This document shows, one piece after another, positions 1 to 9,396 of a stretch of DNA of 59,242 nucleotides. The DNA comes from Deltaproteobacteria bacterium (lineage in GTDB: Bacteria > Desulfobacterota > Syntrophia > Syntrophales > UBA5619): assembly GCA_023487865.1 (NCBI GenBank), contig JAMDBG010000032.1:1-59242 (forward strand), written 5' to 3'. The number at the start of each line of letters is the position of its first letter. Position 1 is the stretch's first letter. A program made the translations under genes and the position numbers. The notes below the pieces were generated by a model. The model worked only from the letters and a program-made list of their open reading frames with translations, did not search any database and was not told the DNA's origin.

Positions 1-36
1 TTTTTTGCAAACAAACTTTTACGAAAAGAGGTAACA

Positions 37-1659
37 TTGGAAATACATACGGATTTTCTCGTTCTTGGCTCCGGCATAGCAGGACTGAGCTTTGCCATCA
101 AGGCCTCTGGGCTGGGAACTGTCGCCATGGTCACCAAACAGGACATGACCGATTCGAATACCAATATGGCGCAGGGAGGTATTGCCGTCGTTCAGGATCA
201 GGCCGACCGTTTTGAATATCACATCAATGACACACTAATTTGCGGTGGTGGCCTGTGTAATGAAGAGGTCGTCCGTTTCGTTGTCTCAGAGGGTCCCGAG
301 CGGATTCAGGAACTGGTCCAATGGGGAGTCGAATTTACCCGCTCGACCAGCAATCCTGAACAGTTCGATCTTGGTCGCGAAGGAGGCCATTCCATGCGAC
401 GGGTCATCCATGCCAAAGATTTGACCGGTCGGGAAATTGAACGAGCGCTGAACGAAAAGGCAGGACAGGAAAAGAATATCCGGATCTTTGAAAATCACAT
501 CGCAATTGACCTGATTATGAAATCTTCGGTCCTGGGCCAGAAAATTGAACGGGGCGACAGGTGCCTTGGCGCCTATGTTCTAGATATTACTAATAATATA
601 GTCCACACCTTCCGGGCAAAATTCATCATGTTGGCGACCGGCGGAGCCGGTAAGGTCTATCTGATCACGACAAATCCCGATATCGCCACTGCCGACGGAA
701 TTGCCATGGCCTATCGCGCCGGTGCGAAAATCGCCAACATGGAGTTTATCCAATTCCACCCGACCTGCCTTTACCATCCCGATGCCAAGTCATTTCTCAT
801 CAGTGAAGCGGTCCGTGGGGAGGGGGCAATCCTGAAATTGAAAAATGGCGCCACCTTCATGGAAAAATACCACGCAATGAAGAGTCTTGCACCACGCGAT
901 ATCGTCGCCAAGGCCATAGACACCGAGCTCAAGAAGTCCGGCGATGACTACGTCCTGCTGGACATCACCCATAGAGAAAAAGATTTTCTGATGTCTAGGT
1001 TTCCCAATATTTACGAAAAGTGCCTGGAGTTCGGCATTGATATGACACGAAGTCCGATCCCGGTTGTCCCTGCAGAGCATTACCTTTGCGGCGGGGTGAT
1101 GGTAAATGCCAACGGTGAAACAAGCATCGAACGTCTTTTTGCCTGTGGAGAGGTGTCTTGTACTGGACTTCACGGTGCCAACCGCCTCGCCAGCAATTCA
1201 CTACTTGAAGCGGTCGTTTTTGCACAGCGTTCTTACCTCCGCATTGCCGACCTCATGTCCAGTGCGGAGAATGAACCTCTGCCAATTCCACCGTGGGATC
1301 CGAGAGGCGCAACGGAAAGCGATGAATCGGTTGTCGTTTCTCACAACTGGGACGAGATTCGTCGCTGCATGTGGAACTATGTAGGGATTGTCCGTTCCGA
1401 CAAGCGCCTGGAGAGAGCCCAGCGCCGGATTGACCTCATCATCCGGGAAATTGAAGAATATTACAGAAATTTCATCATTACTCGGGACTTACTGGAACTG
1501 CGGAATATTGCCGTAGCCGCCAAACTGATCGTCACTTGCGCCCGGATGCGGAAAGAGAGTCGGGGGCTTCATTACAACCTCGACTACCCGGAAAAGGATG
1601 ATCGCCTCTGGTTGAAGGACACTGTCATTTCCCGCGAGGAAATGTGGCGAAAAACTTGA
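37..1659 (+). CDS. nadB: L-aspartate oxidase
   Basis: 540-aa ORF. N-terminal FAD fold DFLVLGSGIAGLS. C-terminal flavoprotein motif RLFACGEVSCTGLHGANRLASNSLLE, typical of NadB and the fumarate-reductase flavoprotein family. Confidence 0.9.
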   Translation: MEIHTDFLVLGSGIAGLSFAIKASGLGTVAMVTKQDMTDSNTNMAQGGIAVVQDQADRFEYHINDTLICGGGLCNEEVVRFVVSEGPERIQELVQWGVEFTRSTSNPEQFDLGREGGHSMRRVIHAKDLTGREIERALNEKAGQEKNIRIFENHIAIDLIMKSSVLGQKIERGDRCLGAYVLDITNNIVHTFRAKFIMLATGGAGKVYLITTNPDIATADGIAMAYRAGAKIANMEFIQFHPTCLYHPDAKSFLISEAVRGEGAILKLKNGATFMEKYHAMKSLAPRDIVAKAIDTELKKSGDDYVLLDITHREKDFLMSRFPNIYEKCLEFGIDMTRSPIPVVPAEHYLCGGVMVNANGETSIERLFACGEVSCTGLHGANRLASNSLLEAVVFAQRSYLRIADLMSSAENEPLPIPPWDPRGATESDESVVVSHNWDEIRRCMWNYVGIVRSDKRLERAQRRIDLIIREIEEYYRNFIITRDLLELRNIAVAAKLIVTCARMRKESRGLHYNLDYPEKDDRLWLKDTVISREEMWRKT

Positions 1660-1803
1660 CGGCATCATAGGCTGTTTTATCGTGACACCTATATTGAACC
1701 ATTCTTCACGACCGATATATATTCCCGGATACTCCCTTCTCTTGGACAATATCCAAATATCCCTGCAGATGACTGCAAGCAGTAGCCAAAAAGAGGCATC
1801 CTT

Positions 1804-3105
1804 TCATGCTTCTTCTCCGAAAACCCTCTTGAAGATGAAATCCACATGGGTGAGAAATTTTTCGACCTTGAATGCATTGGCCAGATCCTCCGGTTTGAGC
1901 TTCGCAATCACCTCTTCATCCCTGAGAAGCAACTCACGGAACTCAATCCCCTCCTGCCACGATCGCATCGCATTGCGCTGGACAATGGCGTAGGCCCCTT
2001 CCCTGGAGATCCCCTGTTCTATCAACTTCAGCAGGACCATCTGTGAAAAGATCACTCCTTTGGTCATCTGAAGATTCTCGAGCATTTTTTCTGGATAGAT
2101 GACGAGCTGTGAAATCAATCCAGTGAAACGGGTTAACATGAAATCGAGGAGGATCGTAGCATCCGGTCCGATGATTCGCTCCACTGAGGAATGGCTGATA
2201 TCCCGCTCATGCCAGAGGGCGATATCTTCGAAGGCAGACAATGCATAAGAACGCATTAGGCGGGAAAGTCCGGATAGATTTTCCGACAGGACGGGATTTC
2301 TTTTATGGGGCATGGCGGAAGATCCCTTCTGTCCCGGGGAAAAATACTCCTCCGCCTCTCGCACCTCGGTCCGCTGGAGAAGGCGAATCTCCTGGGAAAA
2401 CTTATCCAGGGAAGAGGCAATGATGGCCAGGGTCGTGAAGTATTCAGCGTGGCGGTCTCTCTGGACAATCTGCGAAGAGACTGGGGCAGGCCTTAATCCC
2501 AGTCTCCTGCAGACATATGTTTCTATTCCGGGATCGATGAACGAGAATGTTCCCACCGCCCCGGAGAGTTTTCCCGTACTGATTGTCTCTCTGGCTCGGA
2601 TCATCCTCTCCCGGTTTCTTTCCATTTCGCTGTACCAGATTGCCATCTTCAAGCCGAACGTGATCGGTTCCGCATGTATCCCGTGCGATCGACCGATCAT
2701 GATGGTATTTTTATGATCGATGGCCTTCTTTTTAAGCGCAGCAAGAAGGGCATCCAGATCCTCAATAAGGATATCGGCGGCTTCGCGCAGGAGAAGGGCC
2801 AGAGAGGTATCGAGGACATCCGAAGAGGTCATTCCCCTGTGAAGGAAGCGGCCGTCTTCGCCGACTTTTTCCGTCACAGAGGTGAGGAAGGCAATGACGT
2901 CATGTTTCGTGGTCTTTTCAATCTCATCAATCCGGTTTACATCGAATCCTGCCCTTTCTCTGATGTTTTTAAGGGAGGCTAAAGGAATTTCTCCCCGCTC
3001 GGCCATAGCTTCACAGGCCAGAATTTCAATATCCAGCCACTTCCGGTAACGGTTCTCCGGACTCCAGATCGCGGTCATTTTTCCCCTTGCATATCTTGGT
3101 ATCAC
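1804..3105 (-). CDS. purB: adenylosuccinate lyase
   Basis: 433-aa ORF with the fumarate-lyase signature GSSAMPHKRNP. PurB-like N-terminus MIPRYARGKMTAIWSPENRYRKWLDIE. Confidence 0.9.
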   Translation of the reverse strand: MIPRYARGKMTAIWSPENRYRKWLDIEILACEAMAERGEIPLASLKNIRERAGFDVNRIDEIEKTTKHDVIAFLTSVTEKVGEDGRFLHRGMTSSDVLDTSLALLLREAADILIEDLDALLAALKKKAIDHKNTIMIGRSHGIHAEPITFGLKMAIWYSEMERNRERMIRARETISTGKLSGAVGTFSFIDPGIETYVCRRLGLRPAPVSSQIVQRDRHAEYFTTLAIIASSLDKFSQEIRLLQRTEVREAEEYFSPGQKGSSAMPHKRNPVLSENLSGLSRLMRSYALSAFEDIALWHERDISHSSVERIIGPDATILLDFMLTRFTGLISQLVIYPEKMLENLQMTKGVIFSQMVLLKLIEQGISREGAYAIVQRNAMRSWQEGIEFRELLLRDEEVIAKLKPEDLANAFKVEKFLTHVDFIFKRVFGEEA

Positions 3106-3288
3106 TGCTTCCTCCTGTTAGACCCGACACAACGTGTGTCAACGCTTTCACCTTTTCCTGATTGATAAAACTCGAATATTTAGGAAATCTGATATATATT
3201 TTTCAATGTATTATGACTCAAGATGGGAGTCAAGGATTTTGCACTGTGGGAAAGATGATTTGCTTCATATTTAATTACCATTAAAATA

Positions 3289-5274
3289 TTGACAAATATG
3301 ACCTCTCGCCGTATTTCTTACCCCTCATCTCATTACACCGATGAGAAGCGAAAGGTAGAGCTAGGTCGCATGATGTTTGACGATGTCGATTCCGGATGGG
3401 AAAACCATGTGGTGGCCCCCGAGACTTTTCTCTCTCGGATAGAACCGGGCATGAGTATCTTTCTCGGAACAGGCGTGGCCGAGCCGAGGACCATTGTAAA
3501 AAAACTGATGACGTCGGAGATGAATAATTTGACCGATCTCGAACTGGTTCAGATTGTCAGTCTCGGCGACGCCATCTCTTTTAAAAATAACGCCGGAGAC
3601 CATAAATTCCGCCTCAAAACTTTCTTCGCAGGTTGGCTCGCAAGTGAGGCAATCACCTCCGGTTCTGTCGATATGATCCCCTGTCGGTTTTCTCAGATTC
3701 CAAGACTGGTCGAGTCCGGAGCGATCCGCGTGGATGTCGCCTTTGTCCAGATCACTCCTCCAGACAGGGCAGGTTATGCCAGCCTCGGTGTATCGGTGGA
3801 CGTGGCCAAATACGCTATGGAGCGGGCCTCCATAGTTGTCGGTGAAATCAACAGCCTCGTTCCTCGAACGATGGGCAATACATTCGTCCACGTTGATGAT
3901 TTCGATTACTTGGTACGGGCCACTGAACCTCCGATCTACTTCCCCCGTTGGCCGGTCGATGACGTCATCGACCGGGTTGCAGCCAATGTCGCGTCCATTA
4001 TAGAAGATGGCAGTTGCATCGCCTTTTACTCCGGAGCCCTTTTCGAGGCACTGGGTCGGCATCTGGCTAACAAACGCCATCTCGGCGTGCATACTTACTT
4101 CTTTACGGATGCCCTCATGGACCTGATCAAATGCGGCGCGGTAACCAATAGAAGAAAGAATCATTTCCGCGACAAATCTCTAACCGCTTACGCGCAAGGA
4201 ACCCCAGAACTGATGCGGTGGCTGCATCGTAATCCTCTGGTTGAGTTCCAGGGGATTGATGTTGTCTCCGATCATCAACGGATAAGTCTCAACGATAGGA
4301 TGATCGCTATCCTCCCCGCTAGGAAAGTCGATCTCACAGGTGGCATCGCCCTGCATGTGGGCAAGGGTAATGTTACACCAAGCCCTGGCCAGGCACAGGA
4401 ATTCTTTGCCGGAGCTGAGCATTCTCGTTACGGACGGACCGTGTTTGCCCTTCCCAGCCGTAATCTGAAAAGGCAATCCAACATCCTTCTGTCTGTGGAG
4501 GAGTTCCCCAATCAGTTCACCAACCGCGAATCACTTGACCTTGTTGTAACAGAATATGGAATCGTCTCGATGACCGGAAGAACTGTGCGTGAGCGTGCCC
4601 AGGCTCTTATAGATATCGCTCATCCAGATGATCGGGCGGATTTGATTCGGCAGGCGAAAAAGGCCAATATCCTCTATGCAGATCAGATCTATCTATCGGA
4701 CTCTGGCTCTCTCTATCCGGAAAAACAGGTTCATACTCACGATTTCAAAGGAGCACTGACCGTGAAATTTCGCGCGATCAGGCCCTCCGATGAGGAGGAG
4801 ATGCGAAAGCTCTTTTACCGTTTTTCTGATACATCAGTCTACTACCGCTATTTCAGTCCGATCAAGACCATGCCCCACCGTAAGATGCAGGAGTATGTCA
4901 ACATCGATTACCAGCGAATTATGTCCATCGTCGGAATTACTGATCTGTTGGGATCGGAACGGATCATCGCAGAAGGTCGTTACGTTCGTCACCACAACCT
5001 TCCCGGTGCCGATGTAGCTTTTGTTGTAGATGAAAATTACCAGGGGCGGGGTATCGCCTCATTCCTGTTCGAAATTCTCATCCGCGCCGCCCGTGAGCAG
5101 GGAATTAAATGGTTTACAGCAGATGTAATCGCCGACAACAAAGCCATGCTCAAAGTCTTTGAGAAGGCCCCCTTTCCGATCAGTGCCGTCATGGAATCCG
5201 GTATCTATAACCTCTCGATCCCCTTCAACGATTCCGGAGAGCCGCCTGCGCACTCGAATACGGTAAAACCCTAA
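3289..5274 (+). CDS. acetyl-CoA hydrolase/transferase-like domain (degenerate) fused to a C-terminal Pat-type GNAT acetyltransferase domain
   Basis: 661 aa; TTG start at 3289 or ATG at 3298. The N-terminal ~480 aa is collinear with the paralogue at 9397 and with ACH/4-hydroxybutyrate CoA-transferase-type proteins. The C-terminal ~160 aa (FRAIRPSDEEEM..YYRYFSP..IDYQRIMS..QGRGIAS) resembles the GNAT domain of Pat/PatZ lysine acetyltransferases. Confidence 0.75.
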   Translation: MTNMTSRRISYPSSHYTDEKRKVELGRMMFDDVDSGWENHVVAPETFLSRIEPGMSIFLGTGVAEPRTIVKKLMTSEMNNLTDLELVQIVSLGDAISFKNNAGDHKFRLKTFFAGWLASEAITSGSVDMIPCRFSQIPRLVESGAIRVDVAFVQITPPDRAGYASLGVSVDVAKYAMERASIVVGEINSLVPRTMGNTFVHVDDFDYLVRATEPPIYFPRWPVDDVIDRVAANVASIIEDGSCIAFYSGALFEALGRHLANKRHLGVHTYFFTDALMDLIKCGAVTNRRKNHFRDKSLTAYAQGTPELMRWLHRNPLVEFQGIDVVSDHQRISLNDRMIAILPARKVDLTGGIALHVGKGNVTPSPGQAQEFFAGAEHSRYGRTVFALPSRNLKRQSNILLSVEEFPNQFTNRESLDLVVTEYGIVSMTGRTVRERAQALIDIAHPDDRADLIRQAKKANILYADQIYLSDSGSLYPEKQVHTHDFKGALTVKFRAIRPSDEEEMRKLFYRFSDTSVYYRYFSPIKTMPHRKMQEYVNIDYQRIMSIVGITDLLGSERIIAEGRYVRHHNLPGADVAFVVDENYQGRGIASFLFEILIRAAREQGIKWFTADVIADNKAMLKVFEKAPFPISAVMESGIYNLSIPFNDSGEPPAHSNTVKP

Positions 5275-5426
5275 TCCGTACATGATCTCGCGGATCCCAT
5301 TGCAGGCATCCCTCATGAGCGAAAGCGAGCTCCTCGAATTACCCAAATCCATGTTGAATTATAAAATGTGACATGTTAGAGGTTATCCAACAATCGTTTA
5401 TTTGATATCGAATCGGGGGAGTAGGA

Positions 5427-7127
5427 ATGAAGAATTATAGCAAGTGGGTTGCCTGCCTTTTATGTATTTTTATTCTGGTCCCGTCATTGTGGGCAAAAGA
5501 GAAAAGAAGTGTCGCCGTCCTTCCTTTTTCTATCCATAGTGCGGAAAACATCGATTATATCCGACGTGGTATCAGCGATATGCTCTCCTCACGTATCTCT
5601 GTCGGTGAGAGGATAGAGGTCATCAGCCCGGATGCTATATCGACCATCCTGAAGGATACGGGTGGGAAAGAGCTTGCCACTACCGATATCTATAATCTTG
5701 GGAAAAAACTCAATGCGGATTTCGTGGTCTGGGGAAGCATAACCAAGATCGGCAACAGCTTGAGCATCGACGGAAAATTGGTTGATATCTCCACCCAAAA
5801 AGCAGCAGTGACGATTACGTCTCAGAGTCAGAACATGGATGAGGTGATCCCGAAGATCAATGATTTTGCCCGGAGGATCGAAACCCACATCGTTGGTACG
5901 CCATTACCAAGTGCAACGACTTTGGCCGCCCCAAAAGAGATCGTTGCTTCCCCGAAACCGTCCGCCCAGATGGTACGGGAATCGGAGATCATCTCCGGAA
6001 TGAAAAGCAGCAAGAAGGGAACCTTCACCGCGTCCATCAATCCAGATTTCATCAATGCCGCCCAACCTGTCGACAGCAAGAGTTTCTGGAAAAGCCAGCA
6101 ATTCTCAAACGAATTTAAGGGGATGGATATAGGGGACGTCAACGGTGATGGACTAAATGAAACAGTCATCATTGATTCACACACTGTCTTAATCTATCAA
6201 AAAAAAGGAAGTGAGTTCAAACTGGTTCAGCAGCTTGTTGGAAAATCATATCAAAACTATATAAGTGTCGACGTAGCCGATATTAACAGGAATGGCATTA
6301 AGGAGATCATCATTTCAAATTACGCCGGTGGGATTGTCGATTCTTTTATCATCGAATTCCGCAATGGAAATTTCGTCACTATCGCCTCCAATCTCCGCTG
6401 GTTTATGAGGGTCATCGATAATTCCTCTGGGGTGCCGATACTTTTAGGTCAGAGAAGGGGTATGGAGAAGCCTTTTGATACCCCGATTTATGAAATCCGA
6501 TGGCAGGGCGGGGAATATCAGGAAGGGCAGAAAATGCGCATACCGGAAGGCCTTTCAGTTTATGGACTTACCCTGGAAAAACTTGGATCAGGTGGAGCAG
6601 AAAAGATCATCGTCCTTAACCAAGATGATTATCTGAATATCTTCGAACAGACTGACAAACCCCTTTCCAGAGTCGCCATCTTCGGCGGCAGCAAAGAGTT
6701 GCTCTGGAAGAGTGAAGATGTGTTCGGCGGGAGCAATACCTATATTGATCCCATAAACGAGGGCAGGAAAGAAGTATCCGAAAATGACAATGTGATCACT
6801 TACATCAATCTTCGGATTGTCTCGTATGATACGAACAAGGATGACAAGCGTGAATTTATCGTTGTCAAAAATATCTCCACTGCTGCACGTATGTTCCAAC
6901 GAATTAAGCTCTTCACCTCCGCCGAAGTTTATAATCTGGAATGGGACGGTGTGGGTATGGTCGAAAACTGGCGAACTAAAAGGATTAGCGGCTATGTCGC
7001 GGATTATCAGTTCAAAGATATCAATAATGACGGAGAGAACGAAGTTGTCCTTGCGCTTGTACTCGCAGCGGGTGGAACCTCAAACGGAAGAAGCGTTGTC
7101 GTTTCCTACTCCCTTAAAGGTCAATAG
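5427..7127 (+). CDS. secreted protein with an LpoB/CsgG/FlgO-like N-terminal domain and FG-GAP-type repeats
   Basis: 566 aa. Signal peptide MKNYSKWVACLLCIFILVPSLWA. N-terminal VAVLPFS...ADFVVWGSITKIGNSLSIDGKLVD pattern. Three DxNxDGxxE-type loops (DVNGDGLNE, DINRNGIKE, DINNDGENE). RBS GGGGGAG upstream. Confidence 0.6.
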   Translation: MKNYSKWVACLLCIFILVPSLWAKEKRSVAVLPFSIHSAENIDYIRRGISDMLSSRISVGERIEVISPDAISTILKDTGGKELATTDIYNLGKKLNADFVVWGSITKIGNSLSIDGKLVDISTQKAAVTITSQSQNMDEVIPKINDFARRIETHIVGTPLPSATTLAAPKEIVASPKPSAQMVRESEIISGMKSSKKGTFTASINPDFINAAQPVDSKSFWKSQQFSNEFKGMDIGDVNGDGLNETVIIDSHTVLIYQKKGSEFKLVQQLVGKSYQNYISVDVADINRNGIKEIIISNYAGGIVDSFIIEFRNGNFVTIASNLRWFMRVIDNSSGVPILLGQRRGMEKPFDTPIYEIRWQGGEYQEGQKMRIPEGLSVYGLTLEKLGSGGAEKIIVLNQDDYLNIFEQTDKPLSRVAIFGGSKELLWKSEDVFGGSNTYIDPINEGRKEVSENDNVITYINLRIVSYDTNKDDKREFIVVKNISTAARMFQRIKLFTSAEVYNLEWDGVGMVENWRTKRISGYVADYQFKDINNDGENEVVLALVLAAGGTSNGRSVVVSYSLKGQ

Positions 7128-7132
7128 AAAGA

Positions 7133-7159
7133 TTGACAATATGCAAATACTGTTATAAA
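7133..7159 (+). promoter_or_regulatory. possible sigma-70 promoter upstream of the tRNA (TTGACA-N15-TATAAA)
   Basis: TTGACA at 7133-7138 and TATAAA at 7154-7159. The spacer is only 15 nt, and the site lies ~85 nt upstream of the tRNA. Confidence 0.3.
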
Positions 7160-7243
7160 AAACTTTGTTAAGTGAAAAAAAAGGGCTCTCAGCAGCAATA
7201 ACAAACCGTACATGCGGTGCGACGAGGCGCCCATAAAGACGCA

Positions 7244-7320
7244 GGCGGTGTAGCTCAGCCGGTTAGAGCATACGGCTCATATCCGTAGTGTCCGGGGTTC
7301 AATTCCCTGCACCGCCACCA
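7244..7320 (+). tRNA. tRNA with CAT anticodon (elongator Met, or Ile2 if lysidine-modified), encoded CCA end
   Basis: Hand-folded cloverleaf. Acceptor GGCGGTG/CACCGCC, D arm GCTC..GAGC, anticodon stem TACGG/CCGTA with loop CTCATAT, T arm CGGGG-TTCAATT-CCCTG. The G1-C72 pair argues against an initiator. Confidence 0.9.
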
Positions 7321-7327
7321 GATATGC

Positions 7328-7359
7328 ACAAAAGCCCGGTTCACAAACCGGGCTTTTGT
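7328..7359 (+). terminator. rho-independent terminator after the tRNA
   Basis: Hairpin ACAAAAGCCCGGT-tcacaa-ACCGGGCTTTTGT followed by T-containing sequence. Confidence 0.7.
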
Positions 7360-7382
7360 GTACTTGTCACAGAGGTCAACAA

Positions 7383-8345
7383 ATGGAAGAACCATTCCTA
7401 CCTGCTGTGTGGGCCAGAAGTCCCCATCTGCAAACCATCTTCGGCAGTCTAAGAATGCGGGCCTTGGGAAAAAACGAGATGATGGACGTCTCGCAGGAGA
7501 TGATCGTTGATGCCGGATCGGGTGTGCGTCTTTTAGGCTACCATTCTCGACAACTTGTCCGGCAGCCGAAAGGATTGATCATTCTCCTGCATGGCTGGGA
7601 AGGAAGTACCGATTCCACTTACATCATCTCTACAGGTCGTTTTTTTTACCGCCAAGGGTATGACATCTTCCGGCTCAACCTAAGGGACCATGGGAAAAGT
7701 CACCACCTCAACCAGGGACTCTTTCACGGCGCTTTGATCGATGAAACCAACCATGCGGTTGAGAATATCTCCCGTCTCCTGTCTGCAGGACCATCCTATC
7801 TTATAGGGTTTTCCCTGGGCGGAAATTTCGCTCTCCGTATTGCCCTCCGGCAATCCATCACCCCCATTGCCAATCTCAAGGAAGTCTTCTGCATAAGCCC
7901 TGCTTTGGATCCCTATAAATCCACACTAGCCATCGACGCCGGCTTTCCCGTCTATCGTCATTACTTTCTCACCAAATGGAAGCGATCTCTCCGGAAGAAA
8001 CAACGTTGCTTCCCAGACATCTATCACTTTGACAATATTCTCCATCACAACACCTGCATGGGACTGACTGAAGCCATCATGCCTTATTATACGGAATGGG
8101 GACATTATATGGATTACTTCCGCCGGTACACCCTGACTGGAGACGTCTTGTCACAACTGCCCATGAGGGTCACGATCTTCACTGCGCAAGACGATCCATT
8201 CATAGCTATCGATGATTTTCACTCTCTGCCGCGCAATGGATATCTCCGACTCTCCGTTCAGAAATATGGCGGTCATTGCGGTTTTCTGGATCCGTTTCCC
8301 CGTGGATGCTGGTATGAACGGACCATTGCCGATCTCATAGAATAG
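7383..8345 (+). CDS. alpha/beta-fold hydrolase, YheT/ABHD-like
   Basis: N-terminal ARSPHLQTIFGS motif typical of the YheT-type family. HGWEGS oxyanion region. Nucleophile elbow GFSLGGN. I prefer the ATG at 7383 over the ORF-track start 7356, which overlaps the tRNA terminator. Confidence 0.75.
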   Translation: MEEPFLPAVWARSPHLQTIFGSLRMRALGKNEMMDVSQEMIVDAGSGVRLLGYHSRQLVRQPKGLIILLHGWEGSTDSTYIISTGRFFYRQGYDIFRLNLRDHGKSHHLNQGLFHGALIDETNHAVENISRLLSAGPSYLIGFSLGGNFALRIALRQSITPIANLKEVFCISPALDPYKSTLAIDAGFPVYRHYFLTKWKRSLRKKQRCFPDIYHFDNILHHNTCMGLTEAIMPYYTEWGHYMDYFRRYTLTGDVLSQLPMRVTIFTAQDDPFIAIDDFHSLPRNGYLRLSVQKYGGHCGFLDPFPRGCWYERTIADLIE

Positions 8346-8365
8346 AATGAAGGGGGATGTGCTAA

Positions 8366-9232
8366 ATGGCTTTAGGTCCCGAACTCTTCAAACATCGGGA
8401 GAAATTTCTAGCGCGGGTTATCGAAAAACTTGGTTTATATCCTTCCAATTTCCTATCGGCATCAAAACAGATAAGTGATTCGCGAAAAACTGTTCTCCCT
8501 CGCCAGGCAGCGGGGATTCTGATCCCCCTGCTCTTTCGCTCATTTTCCTCCAACGGTCAGTCGGATGGGCAGTTCGTGTTTCAGCTGATCAAGCGCTCTT
8601 CACGCGTGTCACAACCTGGTGATCTGAGCTGTCCGGGAGGCATGGTCCATCCGATTCTGGACCGCCTGCTCCGACTACTGCTGCTTTATGGTCCCTTTTC
8701 GGTCATCCGCGGTCCGGCACGTGCATATGCATCACAAAGAGAGCCAGCCATCCGGAAAATTCAGGCCCTTTTTCTTGCAAATGCACTGCGCGAGTCTTGG
8801 GAAGAAATTGGACTTTCACCCTGCCGCGTCCATTATCTTGGACCGATCCCCACGTATAGTCTGACACTTTTCAGGCGCACGATTTTTCCGCTGGCGGGAT
8901 ATGTCGAGCAACCTGGCTCATTACGACTGAACCACGAGGTGGAGAAGATCGTGGAAATCCCTTTGGCCTCGTTCTACCGGGAGGATCTCATCGGCTGTCA
9001 TACTTTCTCCCTACCCAAATCGACCGACTCCAACGTCCCGCAATCCTTCCAATACCCGTGCCTAATCCACTGTGATTCTGATGGCAGGGAGGAGATCCTC
9101 TGGGGAGCCACCTTTCATATTCTCACACAATTCCTACGGATCGTAATGGATTACCGTCTGTCTGACTGGAGAAAAGGTCGCATCGTTCAAAGAACCTTTC
9201 ATCCCGATTATCTGAAGGGAAGGTTTTCGTAA
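8366..9232 (+). CDS. Nudix-family hydrolase, CoA pyrophosphatase (NudL/NUDT7)-like, with a split Nudix box
   Basis: LIKRSSRVSQPGDLSCPGG resembles the CoAse signature preceding the Nudix box. The REUxEExGU half is present as LRESWEEIGL, but ~36 aa further downstream than canonical. Confidence 0.55.
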   Translation: MALGPELFKHREKFLARVIEKLGLYPSNFLSASKQISDSRKTVLPRQAAGILIPLLFRSFSSNGQSDGQFVFQLIKRSSRVSQPGDLSCPGGMVHPILDRLLRLLLLYGPFSVIRGPARAYASQREPAIRKIQALFLANALRESWEEIGLSPCRVHYLGPIPTYSLTLFRRTIFPLAGYVEQPGSLRLNHEVEKIVEIPLASFYREDLIGCHTFSLPKSTDSNVPQSFQYPCLIHCDSDGREEILWGATFHILTQFLRIVMDYRLSDWRKGRIVQRTFHPDYLKGRFS

Positions 9233-9396
9233 ACCTCCTTGGCTGCAGGGCGTGGTTCATGGATTGAAGCTCCCGTTCATATTCCACTTTTTCTTGACAG
9301 AGAAACGGTATAATGGTTAGTATACCTTATTAAAGAAATATGTTCCCGTTATCCGGACCATATTGTAATGGGTTGCGGGTTGTATTGGAAAGCAAG

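Noticed and set aside
3361-4164. A 267-aa minus-strand ORF lies inside ACH-GNAT copy 1.
   Set aside because: It is antisense to a frame with clear family motifs and paralogue support, and it has no independent signals.
9294-9314. Perfect TTGACA and TATAAT hexamers lie upstream of ACH-GNAT copy 2.
   Set aside because: They are separated by only 9 nt, so they cannot function together as a sigma-70 promoter.
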